Shown here in pieces: positions 1 through 10,787 of a DNA stretch of 42,470 bases. Below the pieces are notes generated by a model. The model made no database searches and was not told the DNA's origin. It saw only the letters and a program-made list of their open reading frames with translations. This stretch comes from a virus (taxonomy: Duplodnaviria; Heunggongvirae; Uroviricota; Caudoviricetes), in the IMG/VR virus record IMGVR_UViG_2690316243_000004. The stretch is one strand, 5' to 3'. Position numbers and translations under genes: made by a program. The stretch's first letter is position 1; each line of letters starts with the position of its first letter.

Positions 1-918
1 TTACGAGAACTCGGCACAAGCGGGGAGAAAATACCGTTACTCAGTACAGCGAATACCTGGACTAATCGACAAACATTCAGCGGTGGCCTTTCTGGTGAAC
101 TATCCGGCAATGCTTCTACAGCTGCAAAATTAAAAACTGCCAGGAAAATAAGCAATGTGGCTTTTGATGGTTCCTCCGATATCACATTAAAAGCAAGTCA
201 TGTTGGTGCGTTTGCCTTAGGGAAAACAGGAAGCACCGTTGCGAATGATAAAGCAGTTGGATGGAACTGGAGTAGCGGAGCCTATAACGCAACTATTAGT
301 GGTGCATCAACGTTAATTATTCATTTTTATATGGGAGAAGGAAGTTGTCCTGCAGCTCAGTTTCGGATTAATTATAAAAATGGCGGTATTTTTTATCGTT
401 CAGCCCGTGATGGTTATGGTTTTGAAGCCGACTGGTCCGAATTTTACACCACCAGAAAACCTTCAGCAGGAGATGTTGGTGCACTGCCGTTATCTGGTGG
501 TCAACTGAATGGTGCACTGGGTATCGGAACATCCAGTGCTCTTGGCGGTAATTCGATTGTATTGGGTGATAATGACACGGGCTTTAAACAAAAAGGCGAT
601 GGTAATCTGGATGTTTATGCTAATAACGTCCATGTTATGCGCTTTGTCTCCGGAAGCATTCAAAGTAATAAAACCATAAATATTACGGGACGTGTTAATC
701 CCTCGGATTACGGTAACTTTGATTCCCGCTATGTGAGAGATGTCAGACTTGGCACACGAGTTGTTCAGACCATGAAGAAAGGCGTGATGTATGAAAAATC
801 AGGCCATGTAATCACGGGGCTTGGTATTATCGGTGAAGTCGATGGTGATGATCCGGCAGTATTCAGACCAATACAAAAGTTAATTAACGGAACATGGTAT
901 AACGTATCGCAGGTATAA
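1..918 (+). CDS. Tail fibre protein, C-terminal receptor-binding portion (5' end lies outside the window)
   Basis: Frame 1 is open from base 1 into the listed 157-918 ORF (which begins at GTG). The translation has tail-fibre-like glycine/serine-rich repeats and ends with [14 protein letters not shown], the C-terminal motif shared with the two other fibre cassettes in the window. Confidence 0.7.
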   Translation, partial: LRELGTSGEKIPLLSTANTWTNRQTFSGGLSGELSGNASTAAKLKTARKISNVAFDGSSDITLKASHVGAFALGKTGSTVANDKAVGWNWSSGAYNATISGASTLIIHFYMGEGSCPAAQFRINYKNGGIFYRSARDGYGFEADWSEFYTTRKPSAGDVGALPLSGGQLNGALGIGTSSALGGNSIVLGDNDTGFKQKGDGNLDVYANNVHVMRFVSGSIQSNKTINITGRVNPSDYGNFDSRYVRDVRLGTRVVQTMKKGVMYEKSGHVITGLGIIGEVDGDDPAVFRPIQKLINGTWYNVSQV

Positions 919-920
919 TC

Positions 921-1454
921 ATGCAGCATTTAAAAAACATTGTCGCAGGTAATCCAAAAACCGTTGAACAATACCAGCTAACAAAGAATTTTGATGTTAT
1001 CTGGTTATGGTCCGAAGATGGAAAAAATTGGCATGAGGAATTAAAAAACTTTCAGGAGGATACAATAAAACTGGCTTACACAGTTGAGGGAATAATTATT
1101 GCTATAGACAAGGATGTATCAGCAATTAATCCAGAAGGTTTAAGTGTCGTTGAGTTGCCTGATATTACAGCAAATCGCCGGGCTGATATTTCGGGCAACT
1201 GGATGTTCAAAGATGGTGCGGTGATAAAGCGAACTTATACCGAGGAAGAGCAAAGGCAACAAGCGGAAAATGAAAAGCAGAGCCTGCTGCAGCTCGTCAG
1301 GGATAAAACCCAGCTGTGGGACTCTCAGCTACAGCTGGGCATCATTTCCGATGAGAATAAACAAAAATTAACCGAGTGGATGCTCTATGCGCAGAAGGTT
1401 GAATCCACAGACACCTCCAGCCTGCCAGTAACGTTTCCCGAACAACCAGAATGA
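921..1454 (+). CDS. Tail fibre assembly chaperone (Tfa / gpG-like)
   Basis: 177 aa, starts 3 bp after the fibre C-terminus. Its C-terminal half ([24 protein letters not shown]...) is repeated at 2492-2860 and 14730-15074, typical of mosaic tail fibre assembly proteins. Confidence 0.8.
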   Translation: MQHLKNIVAGNPKTVEQYQLTKNFDVIWLWSEDGKNWHEELKNFQEDTIKLAYTVEGIIIAIDKDVSAINPEGLSVVELPDITANRRADISGNWMFKDGAVIKRTYTEEEQRQQAENEKQSLLQLVRDKTQLWDSQLQLGIISDENKQKLTEWMLYAQKVESTDTSSLPVTFPEQPE

Positions 1455-1460
1455 GAGAAG

Positions 1461-1481
1461 GCCCGCTATCGGGCCTTAATT
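1461..1481. terminator. Hairpin between convergent chaperone genes (possible bidirectional terminator); same element recurs at 2866-2886 and 15081-15101
   Basis: aaggcccg-ctat-cgggcctt stem-loop followed by a T-rich tract, placed between convergently transcribed genes. Confidence 0.4.
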
Positions 1482-1482
1482 T

Positions 1483-2046
1483 TTATTCAGGCTTTTGTGG
1501 CCATTCAGGATTTGCCGTATCCACACGGCTGACCAGAACACTGTAGCGTTCCCATGCTTCCAGTCGTGTGCGTTCCTCGTCTGTTGCCATATTCAGCCTG
1601 ACAGCGCGTTCCAGCGGCTGGATGACTGATTCAGCTTCGGAAAGCAATGCGGCCTTTTGTGATTCGGCCTGTTGTTGCAGTTCCTGTTCTGTATATTCCC
1701 TCTTTACTACTTTACCATCCAGAAACATCCATTTTCCGTTATTGTCTGCGTGACGATTTGCCGTAATATCAGGAACTTCAACTATGCTTAGCCCTTCAGG
1801 ATTAATAGTTGAAACGTCTTTACTGACAGCAACGATGATGTTGTTCTCATCGTAAGCAATTTTTATGGTGTCTGGCTGAAAATTCTTTTGTTCCTCATAC
1901 CAGTTTTTGCCATCTTCGCAAAAGAGCCATACCACGCCCGCTTTTTTAGTTAGCTGGTATTGTTCCGGTGTTTTCGGATTCCCGGCCTTAATATTTTTCA
2001 GGTGCATCATCTTAAACACTCCCCACGTTGTACCATATTCCCCCAA
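1483..2046 (-). CDS. Tail fibre assembly chaperone (Tfa/gpG-like), identical copy of 15103-15666
   Basis: 187 aa protein identical to that of 15103-15666; convergent with 921-1454. Confidence 0.8.
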   Translation of the reverse strand: MGEYGTTWGVFKMMHLKNIKAGNPKTPEQYQLTKKAGVVWLFCEDGKNWYEEQKNFQPDTIKIAYDENNIIVAVSKDVSTINPEGLSIVEVPDITANRHADNNGKWMFLDGKVVKREYTEQELQQQAESQKAALLSEAESVIQPLERAVRLNMATDEERTRLEAWERYSVLVSRVDTANPEWPQKPE

Positions 2047-2490
2047 TCAATTTCTGAATTGGCCTTCTGGCAACAGTGTCGACAATATCATCCGCATTGC
2101 TGTTAATTGCGGCTGTTAAAACATAACCTGACGCATCGCCAAAGCCGTAGTCGCGCCATACGTTTTTATATTCAATGCTGCCAAGACGAATATCCCGAAC
2201 GACATGATTATGCAGCCATGTGCTTAACCAGTTGTTTTCCCACACTGAACCATAAATATCGCCACTAGACGCAACTTGCGCACCACTTCCCAGCGCAAAT
2301 CCCCCATCTGTTTTAAAAATGAAATCACCACCACCATCTGAACCGTTATTAATATGAACACCATCACCACCGTTATCTTTCCACAAAAACATACGAATTC
2401 TTCCGTCTTCGTTGGCGAATGTAATGTGGTGGCGGTAATTACTTTTTAATCTAAAATTGCTGCCATTAGATTCAATATCTTTATAAAGAT
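2012..2490 (-). pseudogene. Silent or truncated copy of the 3' end of tail fibre gene H (C-terminal cassette)
   Basis: Translation matches the last ~150 aa of H ([16 protein letters not shown]...[18 protein letters not shown]). Homology stops abruptly at the n at 2491; the listed ORF 2012-2686 is a chimeric read-through. Confidence 0.6.
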
Positions 2491-2491
2491 N

Positions 2492-2860
2492 AATAATATT
2501 ATTGTCGCCATCACCAAAGATGCCTCCACGCTTAACCCTGAAGGTTATAGCGTCGTTGAGGTTCCTGATATTACAGCAAATCGCCGGGCTGATATTTCGG
2601 GCAACTGGATGTTCAAAGATGGTGCGGTGATAAAGCGAACTTATACCGAGGAAGAGCAAAGGCAACAAGCGGAAAATGAAAAGCAAAGCCTGCTACAGCT
2701 CGTCAGGGATAAAACCCAGCTATGGGACTCACAGCTACGGCTGGGCATTATTTCCGACGAGAATAAACAAAAATTAACCGAGTGGATGCTCTATGCGCAG
2801 AAGGTTGAATCCACAGACACCTCCAGCCTGCCAGTAACGTTTCCCGAACAACCAGAATGA
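2492..2860 (+). pseudogene. Tail fibre assembly chaperone, 5'-truncated C-terminal fragment
   Basis: In-frame translation from the junction reads ...[40 protein letters not shown]..., a third near-identical copy of the chaperone C-terminal half. Its first ~70 bp are an inverted repeat of part of 2889-3449. Confidence 0.55.
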
Positions 2861-2888
2861 GAGAAGGCCCGCTATCGGGCCTTAATTT

Positions 2889-3449
2889 TTACTCAGGCTT
2901 TTGTGGCCATTCTGGCTTTGCCGTATCCACACGGCTGACCAGAACACTGTAGCGTTCCCATGCTTCCAGTCGTGTGCGTTCCTCGTCTGTTGCCATATTC
3001 AGCCTGACAGCGCGTTCCAGCGGCTGGATGACTGATTCAGCTTCGGAAAGCAATGCGGCCTTTTGTGATTCGGCCTGTTGTTGCTGTTCGTCAGCCGTAT
3101 AAATCCGTTTAACCACAGCTCCGTCCTTAAACATCCACTTACCGGAATCATCAGCACGACGATTAGCTGTAATATCAGGAACCTCAACGACGCTATAACC
3201 TTCAGGGTTAAGCGTGGAGGCATCTTTGGTGATGGCGACAATAATATTATTTGCATCGTAAACAATCTTTATTGTGTCTGGCTGAAAGTTCTTCACTTCC
3301 TCATACCAGTTTTTTCCGTCCTCAGAGTAAAGCCAGATGACTCCGTGCTTCTTTGTTAACTCATACTGCTCCACTGTTTTAGCATTACCTGCTTTTATGT
3401 TCTTTAAGTGCATCATATTAAATACTCGCCACATTATACCAAGTGCCAT
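2889..3449 (-). CDS. Tail fibre assembly chaperone (Tfa/gpG-like), variant partner of the 3418-4428 cassette
   Basis: 186 aa; N-terminal half diverged from, C-terminal half nearly identical to, the 1483-2046 and 15103-15666 copies. Confidence 0.8.
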   Translation of the reverse strand: MALGIMWRVFNMMHLKNIKAGNAKTVEQYELTKKHGVIWLYSEDGKNWYEEVKNFQPDTIKIVYDANNIIVAITKDASTLNPEGYSVVEVPDITANRRADDSGKWMFKDGAVVKRIYTADEQQQQAESQKAALLSEAESVIQPLERAVRLNMATDEERTRLEAWERYSVLVSRVDTAKPEWPQKPE

Positions 3450-4428
3450 TTATATACTTTTGCACTGGCCTGTAATGAACGCCTGCAATATTATCGGCAG
3501 AGTTTTTTCCGGTATCCTGTACGTTAATCCCCGTCAGTACATAGCCTGACGGGCACTGAAAATTCCATGTTTGCCAGTTGTTCACTCCATAATATTGCTG
3601 TGAACCAAGTCGAACATCTTTCACATATCTGGAATCAAAATTGCCATAGTTGCCGGGAATAACTTGCGAGCCGCAAAGCCAGTTCCCGTTATTATCCATG
3701 TACGCCTGACCATCGGTGCCATTGGCTGTCCTTGAGTTATTAATCATGTAGATGCCAAATTGCTTATTTCCCAGACCGCCAATCATAAATTTGCGGTCGG
3801 CATGGTCCTGACGGAGCAAAGCCTGAGCACCATCAGTGGATACCGCATTACGTCCCAAAATAACATTCTGGTCACGCATATGAATCCACATGCCGGTACT
3901 ACTGTTAATTGCAAAACGGTTTGCAAATATATCCCCTGTAACATCAAGACCATGCCCCATGCTTATCCGGCCAGTTCTGAGATTAAGCGTAAAGGGGCGT
4001 AGTGGCCCTATATTACCATTTTCCCCTTCATTCTCTCGTGTAGGGATGATATGCAGGCATTCTTCAGAACGACGAAAAATGGCACCAAAAGATGAATTAA
4101 ATATCCTCAGTGCATTGACTGTCGATATTTTCACTTCACTGCTGAAAAGGGCTTCAACAAGAACAGACAAAGCATTCCATTTAAGATTCATCAGGTCTTT
4201 AGGCCGGGTGCCAATGATGCGGTGTCTCCATTTGAAATATTCATTGCCGTTGTTGCCTGTTTCAAACCACATGTAGGAATCGGTGTCTGCATCCGAATTA
4301 TTTTTAAACCCAATCTTTGCCCAGTCAGTATTTCGAATCCAGGCAAGGATTGAGTCGTTTTCAAAAGTAAGTCCACCGGACAACGTATCGCCATTTTTTT
4401 GCACGGCGTTACCAGCCTTGTTTACCGT
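3418..4428 (-). CDS. Alternative tail fibre C-terminal cassette (silent variable region)
   Basis: Begins directly at the crossover site with [20 protein letters not shown] (compare H: [20 protein letters not shown]) and ends [15 protein letters not shown]. An in-frame TAA at 4447-4449 inside the site closes the frame upstream, so it is not expressed as a fusion in this configuration. Confidence 0.7.
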   Translation of the reverse strand, partial: TVNKAGNAVQKNGDTLSGGLTFENDSILAWIRNTDWAKIGFKNNSDADTDSYMWFETGNNGNEYFKWRHRIIGTRPKDLMNLKWNALSVLVEALFSSEVKISTVNALRIFNSSFGAIFRRSEECLHIIPTRENEGENGNIGPLRPFTLNLRTGRISMGHGLDVTGDIFANRFAINSSTGMWIHMRDQNVILGRNAVSTDGAQALLRQDHADRKFMIGGLGNKQFGIYMINNSRTANGTDGQAYMDNNGNWLCGSQVIPGNYGNFDSRYVKDVRLGSQQYYGVNNWQTWNFQCPSGYVLTGINVQDTGKNSADNIAGVHYRPVQKYINGTWYNVASI

Positions 4429-4454
4429 TTCCTGTAAACCGAGGTTTTAGATAA
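4429..4454. promoter_or_regulatory. Recombination crossover site of the Gin/Cin/Pin/Hin (gix-like) type
   Basis: Minus strand reads TTATCTAAAACCTCGGTTTACAGGAA, one mismatch from the classical gix sequence as remembered. It sits at the fibre variable-region boundary about 55 bp upstream of the invertase 5' fragment. Confidence 0.6.
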
Positions 4455-4490
4455 TGGCCGTTTCCGGCCTGCATGGCATGATTTGCGCTT

Positions 4491-4715
4491 TTGGACGGGA
4501 GATTCAGCGTGCTGATTGGCTATGTAAGGGTATCAACAAATGACCAGAATACAGACCTGCAACGAAACGCTCTTGTTTGTGCAGGATATGAACAAATATT
4601 TGAAGATAAATTAAGCGGAACAAGGACAGGCCGACCTGGATTAAAACGTGCTTTAAAGCGCCTTCAAAAAGGTGACGCACTGGTTGTCTGAAAACTGGAC
4701 TGACTGGGTCACTGT
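4491..4715 (+). pseudogene. Serine invertase 5' fragment (truncated duplicate of 5687-6274)
   Basis: Encodes (M)LIGYVRVSTNDQNTDLQRNALVCAGYEQIFEDKLSGT... then a stop after ~66 codons. About 95% identical to 5649-5905, after which similarity is lost. Confidence 0.7.
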
Positions 4716-4889
4716 ATGCGGCATCTTGTCGTGCTGGTGGTGGAAGCCTAGAAAAAGTATCGGGTGTTGCTGAACCGTGTTGATACATCAACTGCACCTG
4801 ATATTGAGTGGCCTACGAACCCTGTCAGGGAGTAATCATTGGGATTATGCCGCAGCACGTCTTAAGCAAGAACGTGCTGCGGTTGGATG

Positions 4890-5474
4890 CTATTTTTTCC
4901 CTGAAGCGGAAAACATTACTACAGTACCTTGAACCCTGGTTTTAACATTCTCGAAATGCTCTGAGAGTATATGTGTTAAGCCTTCTTCGGAATCTTTTGT
5001 GTTTGAAAAGATGCCTTTCTGATTGTAAATGCGCATCAGTTTTTGACCGAAGCTATTGTGCACAACTCCATCGCCAAGAATTGTGGCTCCGTATAGAGTT
5101 CCATCGTCAGTTAAGGCCTGCGCCGCATTGCGTATTACACAGCTTTTTGTAGATATATTTCCAGGCAGGCAGTGAAGAAGGTAAAACATGGAAATGGAAT
5201 CAAATTGACCATGTAACGCCGCGGGATAAGGTTCAAAAACATCATGGCTAATTTTATGTTTAATTTTTGATTCCCCAGCCCTTGTAGATGCCGCGTTCAG
5301 GCTAGCTTCGTTCAAATCCATTAAAGATATCAGACTACTCTCAGGTACGTGAGTAAGGTAAAACCCAGTTCCAACACCAATATCCAGATGGTTGTTACCT
5401 AAATGTTCCAGAAAGTGTGGAAGAAGGTGTTCCTTTGTAGGACATCCCCATGCAAGCCGATTTGATACTCCCAA
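4890..5474 (-). CDS. Class I SAM-dependent methyltransferase, substrate unknown
   Basis: Motif I LDIGVGTG (DxGxGxG) near the N-terminus. The listed start is TTG; the frame stays open upstream to about 5556 with no in-frame ATG, so the true start is uncertain. Local sequence is AT-richer than the phage genes. Confidence 0.6.
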   Translation of the reverse strand: MGVSNRLAWGCPTKEHLLPHFLEHLGNNHLDIGVGTGFYLTHVPESSLISLMDLNEASLNAASTRAGESKIKHKISHDVFEPYPAALHGQFDSISMFYLLHCLPGNISTKSCVIRNAAQALTDDGTLYGATILGDGVVHNSFGQKLMRIYNQKGIFSNTKDSEEGLTHILSEHFENVKTRVQGTVVMFSASGKK

Positions 5475-5686
5475 AACCCACCAGTCATAAAGCTTTAGGG
5501 TAAGTGGTGTGTAAATTTTAGCCCCATCATCTGTGTTTTTTTCATTGATTTCACCATGTTATAGTTTTATTTGTGAATTAAATCAATTATGGCGATGAAT
5601 TACAAGGGGTTAAATGCTGCCGCAGCATAGCGATATTGAAATAGCCTNGCATGGCATGATTTGCGCTTTTGGACGGGAGATTCAGC

Positions 5687-6274
5687 GTGCTGATTGGCTA
5701 TGTAAGGGTATCAACAAATGACCAGAATACAGACCTGCAACGAAACGCTCTTGTTTGTGCAGGATGTGAACAAATATTTGAAGATAAATTAAGCGGGACA
5801 AAGACAGACCGACCGGGATTAAAACGCGCTTTAAAGCGCCTTCAAAAAGGTGACACGCTGGTTGTCTGGAAACTGGATCGCCTCGGGCGAAGCATGAAAC
5901 ATCTGATTTCTCTCGTCGGGGAACTACGGGAGCGAGGAATTAATTTTCGCAGTCTGACCGACAGCATAGATACATCTTCTCCAATGGGGCGTTTTTTCTT
6001 CCACGTGATGGGTGCCCTGGCTGAAATGGAACGTGAATTAATTGTTGAACGTACACTGGCCGGACTGGCGGCAGCACGCGCACGGGGGCGCACAGGCGGA
6101 CGTCGACCGAAGCTGACAAAAGAACAGCATGAGCAAATAGCAAGGCTGATCAAAAACGGGCACGACAGAAAACAACTGGCAATAATTTACGGCATTGGTA
6201 TATCGACGATTTATCGTTACCACCCCGCAGGAGAATCAATCGGAACAATAGAGAAGAGTCAGGAAACAAAATAA
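5687..6274 (+). CDS. pin: Serine recombinase, DNA invertase of the Pin/Gin/Cin/Hin family
   Basis: From the GTG start the protein reads MLIGYVRVSTNDQNTDLQRNAL... with the catalytic serine region and a C-terminal helix-turn-helix (GISTIYRY); closely resembles E. coli prophage Pin as recalled. Confidence 0.9.
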   Translation: MLIGYVRVSTNDQNTDLQRNALVCAGCEQIFEDKLSGTKTDRPGLKRALKRLQKGDTLVVWKLDRLGRSMKHLISLVGELRERGINFRSLTDSIDTSSPMGRFFFHVMGALAEMERELIVERTLAGLAAARARGRTGGRRPKLTKEQHEQIARLIKNGHDRKQLAIIYGIGISTIYRYHPAGESIGTIEKSQETK

Positions 6275-6309
6275 CCGCTAATCTGACCATTAGCGGTTTT
6301 TGTGTTAAA

Positions 6310-6804
6310 TCAGAACAACCCTTTAACTGAACTGGCCGCGCTGTTAAGGGATGATGTTACCTTATCTTTGAAGCCGGACAGCATATCGCTGAACGATGAG
6401 GATTGCAGGCGCTCCCGCAAATCCTCATCACAGCGTTCAAGAGTCAGTGAAAATTCTATCTTTTTCGCCTTACCGTAGCGATCAAACTCGGAGCGGGTCG
6501 TATTCGTTTCGGTCAGGACATACATGCCGTAAATCTGCCCGACGCCATCAATCAGAGGCCAGGGTCGTCCTGTATACGCCTGCGTGGTCAGCAGCGACAG
6601 CGACACTTCGCCACCTGTAATTTCAGGATAAAGCACACCAGAAAGAACGATGCGCTCATCACCTGCACCGATATACTGCCAGCTTGCCGAACGGTTAACG
6701 CGTTCATTTTTCACATGCCGCCAGCTTTTGTTTTGCTGTAACTGCTGATGCGGCAATGTACGCAGCTCAAAAACAAACATGCCGTAGATCATCATCATGG
6801 CCAT
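6310..6804 (-). CDS. Tail protein gpU-like
   Basis: 164 aa, immediately downstream of the tape measure gene in the FI-FII-E-T-U order; size matches P2 gpU. Confidence 0.7.
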   Translation of the reverse strand: MAMMMIYGMFVFELRTLPHQQLQQNKSWRHVKNERVNRSASWQYIGAGDERIVLSGVLYPEITGGEVSLSLLTTQAYTGRPWPLIDGVGQIYGMYVLTETNTTRSEFDRYGKAKKIEFSLTLERCDEDLRERLQSSSFSDMLSGFKDKVTSSLNSAASSVKGLF

Positions 6805-6810
6805 GACTCC

Positions 6811-9704
6811 TCAATCTTTATCGTAAAAACTGCCACGCCCGGCACGGGCGCGCCGTTCCATTTCTGCCCTGACCATTTCACCGACCAGTTTCGCCAGTTC
6901 GCGGGGATTCTGCGTAACAACGTTATGCAGATGAACATGAATTTCACCACCAAATCCGGAGGCAACAGGCTCCCGGTTACGGGAAGTTACAGGAACTGAT
7001 GCCACTGGAGAGCGTATGGCCTCCGCCACCGGGCGGGAGCTGGCCGCAACAACAGGGACCAGCGCCGGAGGCAGCGGAGCCGGGACCACGGGTGTGATAT
7101 TAATTGCGGGGGCAGGCTTACTGACCTGCGCAATCTTCCGCTCCTGCCACTCCCCACGAACAGCAAGTGCGCGGGGCAGGTTCTTAAAGACAATATCGCC
7201 GGGGCCAATGCGTTTTTTCGTCTCATCAACCAGCTTACCTGTGTTATCAGCAATTTTGCTGAGTCTGCGTAGCGTCCCGGTATTGCTGTCTGTGAGCGGT
7301 TTGTTGTCTTTGGGTTTATCACCTCCGGTGCCATTGCCATTTTCCACAGGCTTCGGCGGATTGATTTTCGCCAGGTCCCCCTGAAGCAAGGCAACCTTGT
7401 CCTGAAGAATGGCCGCACGCTGTGCGTCTTCGATTTTCTTGCGCGCCCTTTCCGCTTCATCCGGAAGGACGCCAAGTTTTTCAAGTATCCACGCCAGCGT
7501 ATCCAGTAGCATTTTTGCAGGTGTCAGAACAAGTTGTAACGCACCGCCAAGAACGTTACCGAATATCTCGCCAGCACTGGCACATTTATCCAGCGTTTCC
7601 TTGCTGGACTCCATCGGTGACAGCAGCGATTTAAACCAGTTAAAGACCTGAATAATCCCATCGCGCACGACATCAAAAACAGGGCCAAACCGTTCAAAGG
7701 TTTCGCGCAACGGGGTCAGCCTTTCCATAATCCCGCTGAACACCCCGGCAAAAAATGCCCTGATGGGATCCCAGTATTTCCAGATAAGAACGGCAGCTCC
7801 GGCAAGCGCAGCCACGATAAGACTAACCGGACTGAACAGCGCCCCGATAGCGCCACCAAGTAAAGAAACGGAACCCGTCACCATTCCCCATAATGCAGGC
7901 AGAACCCTGACAACATTCATTGATTCGGTCAGGAGAGAAAAACCGAGACGCAACGTAGCCAGCTTCCCGTGAAGCACCCCAATAACCAGAGACAACGAAC
8001 CAACCGTTGCTGTTGTCGCCAGCAGTGCGCCTCCCGCTATCAGTAACTGGCGCGTCAGTGCCGGGTGGGCCTGCGCCAGCGCCGTCACCTTTGAGACAAC
8101 CCGCGTGAGCCACTGCGTGACAGAACGCAGCGGACCGTCAACCAGATCACTGATGCGAATACGCAGACCTTCCCATGCACTGCCGAGTGATTTCAGGTTG
8201 CCATCAAGGTTATTGGCCATAACCTTTGCCGTGCGTTCTGCCTCACCGCGCGCGCCTTCAAGTTCTTTTCTCAGTTTGGCTAAGAAGCCGTCACCTGCCG
8301 CATCAACGAGGCCCATAAATGATGTGAAAGCCTCTTCTCCGGCAATGTCCTTAAAGAACGATACCCGGTCAACCTCCCCGTATTTGCGGGTGGCTTTATA
8401 GAGATCGGCCAGCACATTCTCCATCGGGCGCATTTTGCCTTTGGCGTCAGCAACTGACACCCCCAGCTCTTTCAGTGCTTCTGCCGCTGCCTTTGGCGGT
8501 GATGACAGATTGGCCAGGCTTTTACGCAACGCTGTACCTGCATCACTCCCCCTGATACCCATCTTCGCCAGCACGCCCGCCATCGCTGCGGCCTGCTCCA
8601 GCGATATTCCCAGCTTACCCGCCACCGGACCTGCATATTTCATGGTTTCGCCCAGTGCGCGAAGGTCAGTGTTGGTACGGGTAAACGCTGCGGTAAGTGT
8701 GTCACCGACCCGGTCCATCTGGTCAGCAGAGAGGCCGAACTGCGTCAGGATATTGGAACCAATATCCGCCGTCTCGCCGAGGTCCATACCGCCAGCCGTT
8801 GCCATGCTCAGCACGCCGGGAAGCGCAGCCTGAATGGCCTGCGGTGTGAAACCAGCCATTGCAAGAAATGCCTGTCCACTGGCGGCATCGCCTGCGGTGA
8901 ACTGCGTTTCAGAGCCAAGTTTTAACGCCTGCTCACGCAGCGCCTTAAACTGCGGGCTGTTTTTATCGATTCGCGTCAGTGCCTGAACACGGGACATCTC
9001 TTTCCCGAACCCGATAGCGGGCTGCAAAAAACGCCNNNNNNNNNNNNNNNNNNNNNNNNNNNNNNNNNNNNNNNNNNNNNNNNNNNNNNNNNNNNNNNNN
9101 NNNNNNNNNNNNNNNNNNNNNNNNNNNNNNNNNNNNNNNNNNNNNNNNNNNNNNNNNNNNNNNNNNNNNNNNNNNNNNNNNNNNNNNNNNNNNNNNNNNN
9201 NNNNNNNNNNNNNNNNNNNNNNNNNNNNNNNNNNNNNNNNNNNNNNNNNNNNNNNNNNNNNNNNNNNNNNNNNNNNNNNNNNNNNNNNNNNNNNNNNNNN
9301 NNNNNNNNNNNNNNNNNNNNNNNNNNNNNNNNNNNNNNNNNNNNNNNNNNNNNNNNNNNNNNNNNNNNNNNNNNNNNNNNNNNNNNNNNNNNNNNNNNNN
9401 NNNNNNNNNNNNNNNNNNNNNNNNNNNNNNNNNNNNNNNNNNNNNNNNNNNNNNNNNNNNNNNNNNNNNNNNNNNNNGGCGTCGTGCTTTCACGATGCCC
9501 GCATCCGCTTTACTGACAGCGTCACGGGCGCGCTCAAATGAACGCGCCTGACGCTCGAGATTTTTGATCGCCCCCTGCGTTCGCTGGATGGAGTCACCAA
9601 ACTGCCCCATCAGGCGGCGGGCGTTTTCGGCAGGGNNNNNNNNNNNNNNGCCGGGTCAGCCTGTCAACGGCGCTGAAAGCGACCCGGATATCAAGAGTCT
9701 TCAT
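6811..9704 (-). CDS. Tail tape measure protein (gpT-like), interrupted by assembly gaps
   Basis: Long alanine/glycine-rich, helix-rich protein. The listed 738 aa ORF continues through the N run to an ATG at 9704-9702 (MKTLDIRVAFSAVDRL...). Confidence 0.75.
9036..9477. other. Run of N (sequence gap) inside the tape measure gene; a second short N run is at 9636-9649
   Basis: Directly visible as n characters. Confidence 0.99.
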
Positions 9705-9909
9705 TGTCTGCATTCCCGCTGCGAAGTGCCGCCCGCTCACGCCAGCTAACCACTTCGCCGGGCGTCATCATGAAGATTTCGGCGGGCGACCAGTTAAAAA
9801 TGGCGGCAATATCCGCCACAAAGTCTTCTATGTGCTCAAAGCACACAACCGTGATCAGGCTTCCGTCGCCTGTTCGTTCTTCTCGCCAGAGTCCGCACCG
9901 CTCAAAAAA
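9691..9909 (-). CDS. E-prime extension, made as an E+E' fusion by -1 programmed frameshifting
   Basis: Minus strand reads gta aaT TTT TTG agc (heptamer at 9903-9909). The -1 frame then gives ERCGLWREERTGDG...NEDS, ending 14 bp inside the tape measure start. Confidence 0.6.
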   Translation of the reverse strand, partial: FFERCGLWREERTGDGSLITVVCFEHIEDFVADIAAIFNWSPAEIFMMTPGEVVSWRERAALRSGNADNEDS

Positions 9910-10220
9910 TTTACGGCAACCACACATAACTGAATAAAGTCACGGGATGCCATTTTTTTGATCGTCACTTCATCCAGTCGCGGTGATGTCACGCGTGACA
10001 GCAGCGTAAACATGGATTCCGCTTTCAAATTCAGCACATCAGACAGCGACAAATCTCGCAGAGATCCAGCCTGCTCAATAGCCCCGGTGATCTCCACATA
10101 CGTGATTTTTTCGCCGCCTCGCTCAATTGGTTGGGTAAGTTTTACGCCACGCTCACTGGTTTCTTTCACAGTGTCAGCAACGACCGTGTTTTCGGTATCG
10201 ATGTTTTTCGTCTCTTTCAT
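9855..10220 (-). CDS. Tail assembly chaperone gpE-like (zero-frame product)
   Basis: 121 aa ORF between the tail tube and tape measure genes; contains a T TTT TTG slippery heptamer near its 3' end. Confidence 0.7.
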   Translation of the reverse strand: MKETKNIDTENTVVADTVKETSERGVKLTQPIERGGEKITYVEITGAIEQAGSLRDLSLSDVLNLKAESMFTLLSRVTSPRLDEVTIKKMASRDFIQLCVVAVNFLSGADSGEKNEQATEA

Positions 10221-10274
10221 CAGGAAACTCCTTTCAGTCAGAGGCGACGCACTGCGCCGCCTGCATATTACTTA

Positions 10275-10787
10275 TCAGCCAAGCCCGAGCGCGGAACGGA
10301 TGCGATCGGGCACAATGTCCCTGCCGTCCTTCCGGTAAATGAAGTTCAGCAGGTCAATCTCCCACAACGGGCGATCGTTAACACTCAGCTTGTAGTAGGT
10401 GTTTTTAATGGCGTAAGTGTGTGATGTGGCTTCGCCCTGTTTGGCTTCCCCCATATCAATTTCCGTCACACGTCCGCGCATTTCGACTTCATACAGGTCG
10501 CTTTCAGCGTCGGTGTAGTATTCACCCGCAAAACGCAGCAGCGTACCGTCAATCGTGCCGCCATACTTAAGGAACAGCTCACGAACTGCGCCCCCCATGA
10601 CAAAGCTCGCATCAAGCGCGGAGTCATCCAGGCCGAGATCAATACTTACCGCTCCCATCATGCCACCACCCCGGTAGCTGTCGGTTTTGCGCGTCAGCTT
10701 AGGCAGAGTGACGGACGTCACCTTACCCACTTCGTTTTCACCATCCACAAACAGCGTAAAAAAGCGAAGATGTTTTGGTACAGCCAT
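10275..10787 (-). CDS. Tail tube protein (FII-like)
   Basis: 170 aa, immediately downstream of the sheath gene with overlapping stop/start; size and position match P2 FII. Confidence 0.8.
   Translation of the reverse strand: MAVPKHLRFFTLFVDGENEVGKVTSVTLPKLTRKTDSYRGGGMMGAVSIDLGLDDSALDASFVMGGAVRELFLKYGGTIDGTLLRFAGEYYTDAESDLYEVEMRGRVTEIDMGEAKQGEATSHTYAIKNTYYKLSVNDRPLWEIDLLNFIYRKDGRDIVPDRIRSALGLG

Noticed and set aside
2012-2686. 224 aa minus-strand ORF read as a single gene
   Set aside because: Chimeric: its C-terminal part is a copy of the H 3' end, while its N-terminal part is the reverse reading of the plus-strand chaperone fragment beyond the n at 2491.
4491-4691. 66 aa ORF as an independent small gene
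   Set aside because: It is the truncated N-terminus of the invertase, duplicated from 5669-6274, and ends at a premature stop.
8963-9610. Listed 215 aa ORF consisting mostly of X residues
   Set aside because: It is created by translating through the N run (9036-9477); the region belongs to the tape measure gene.
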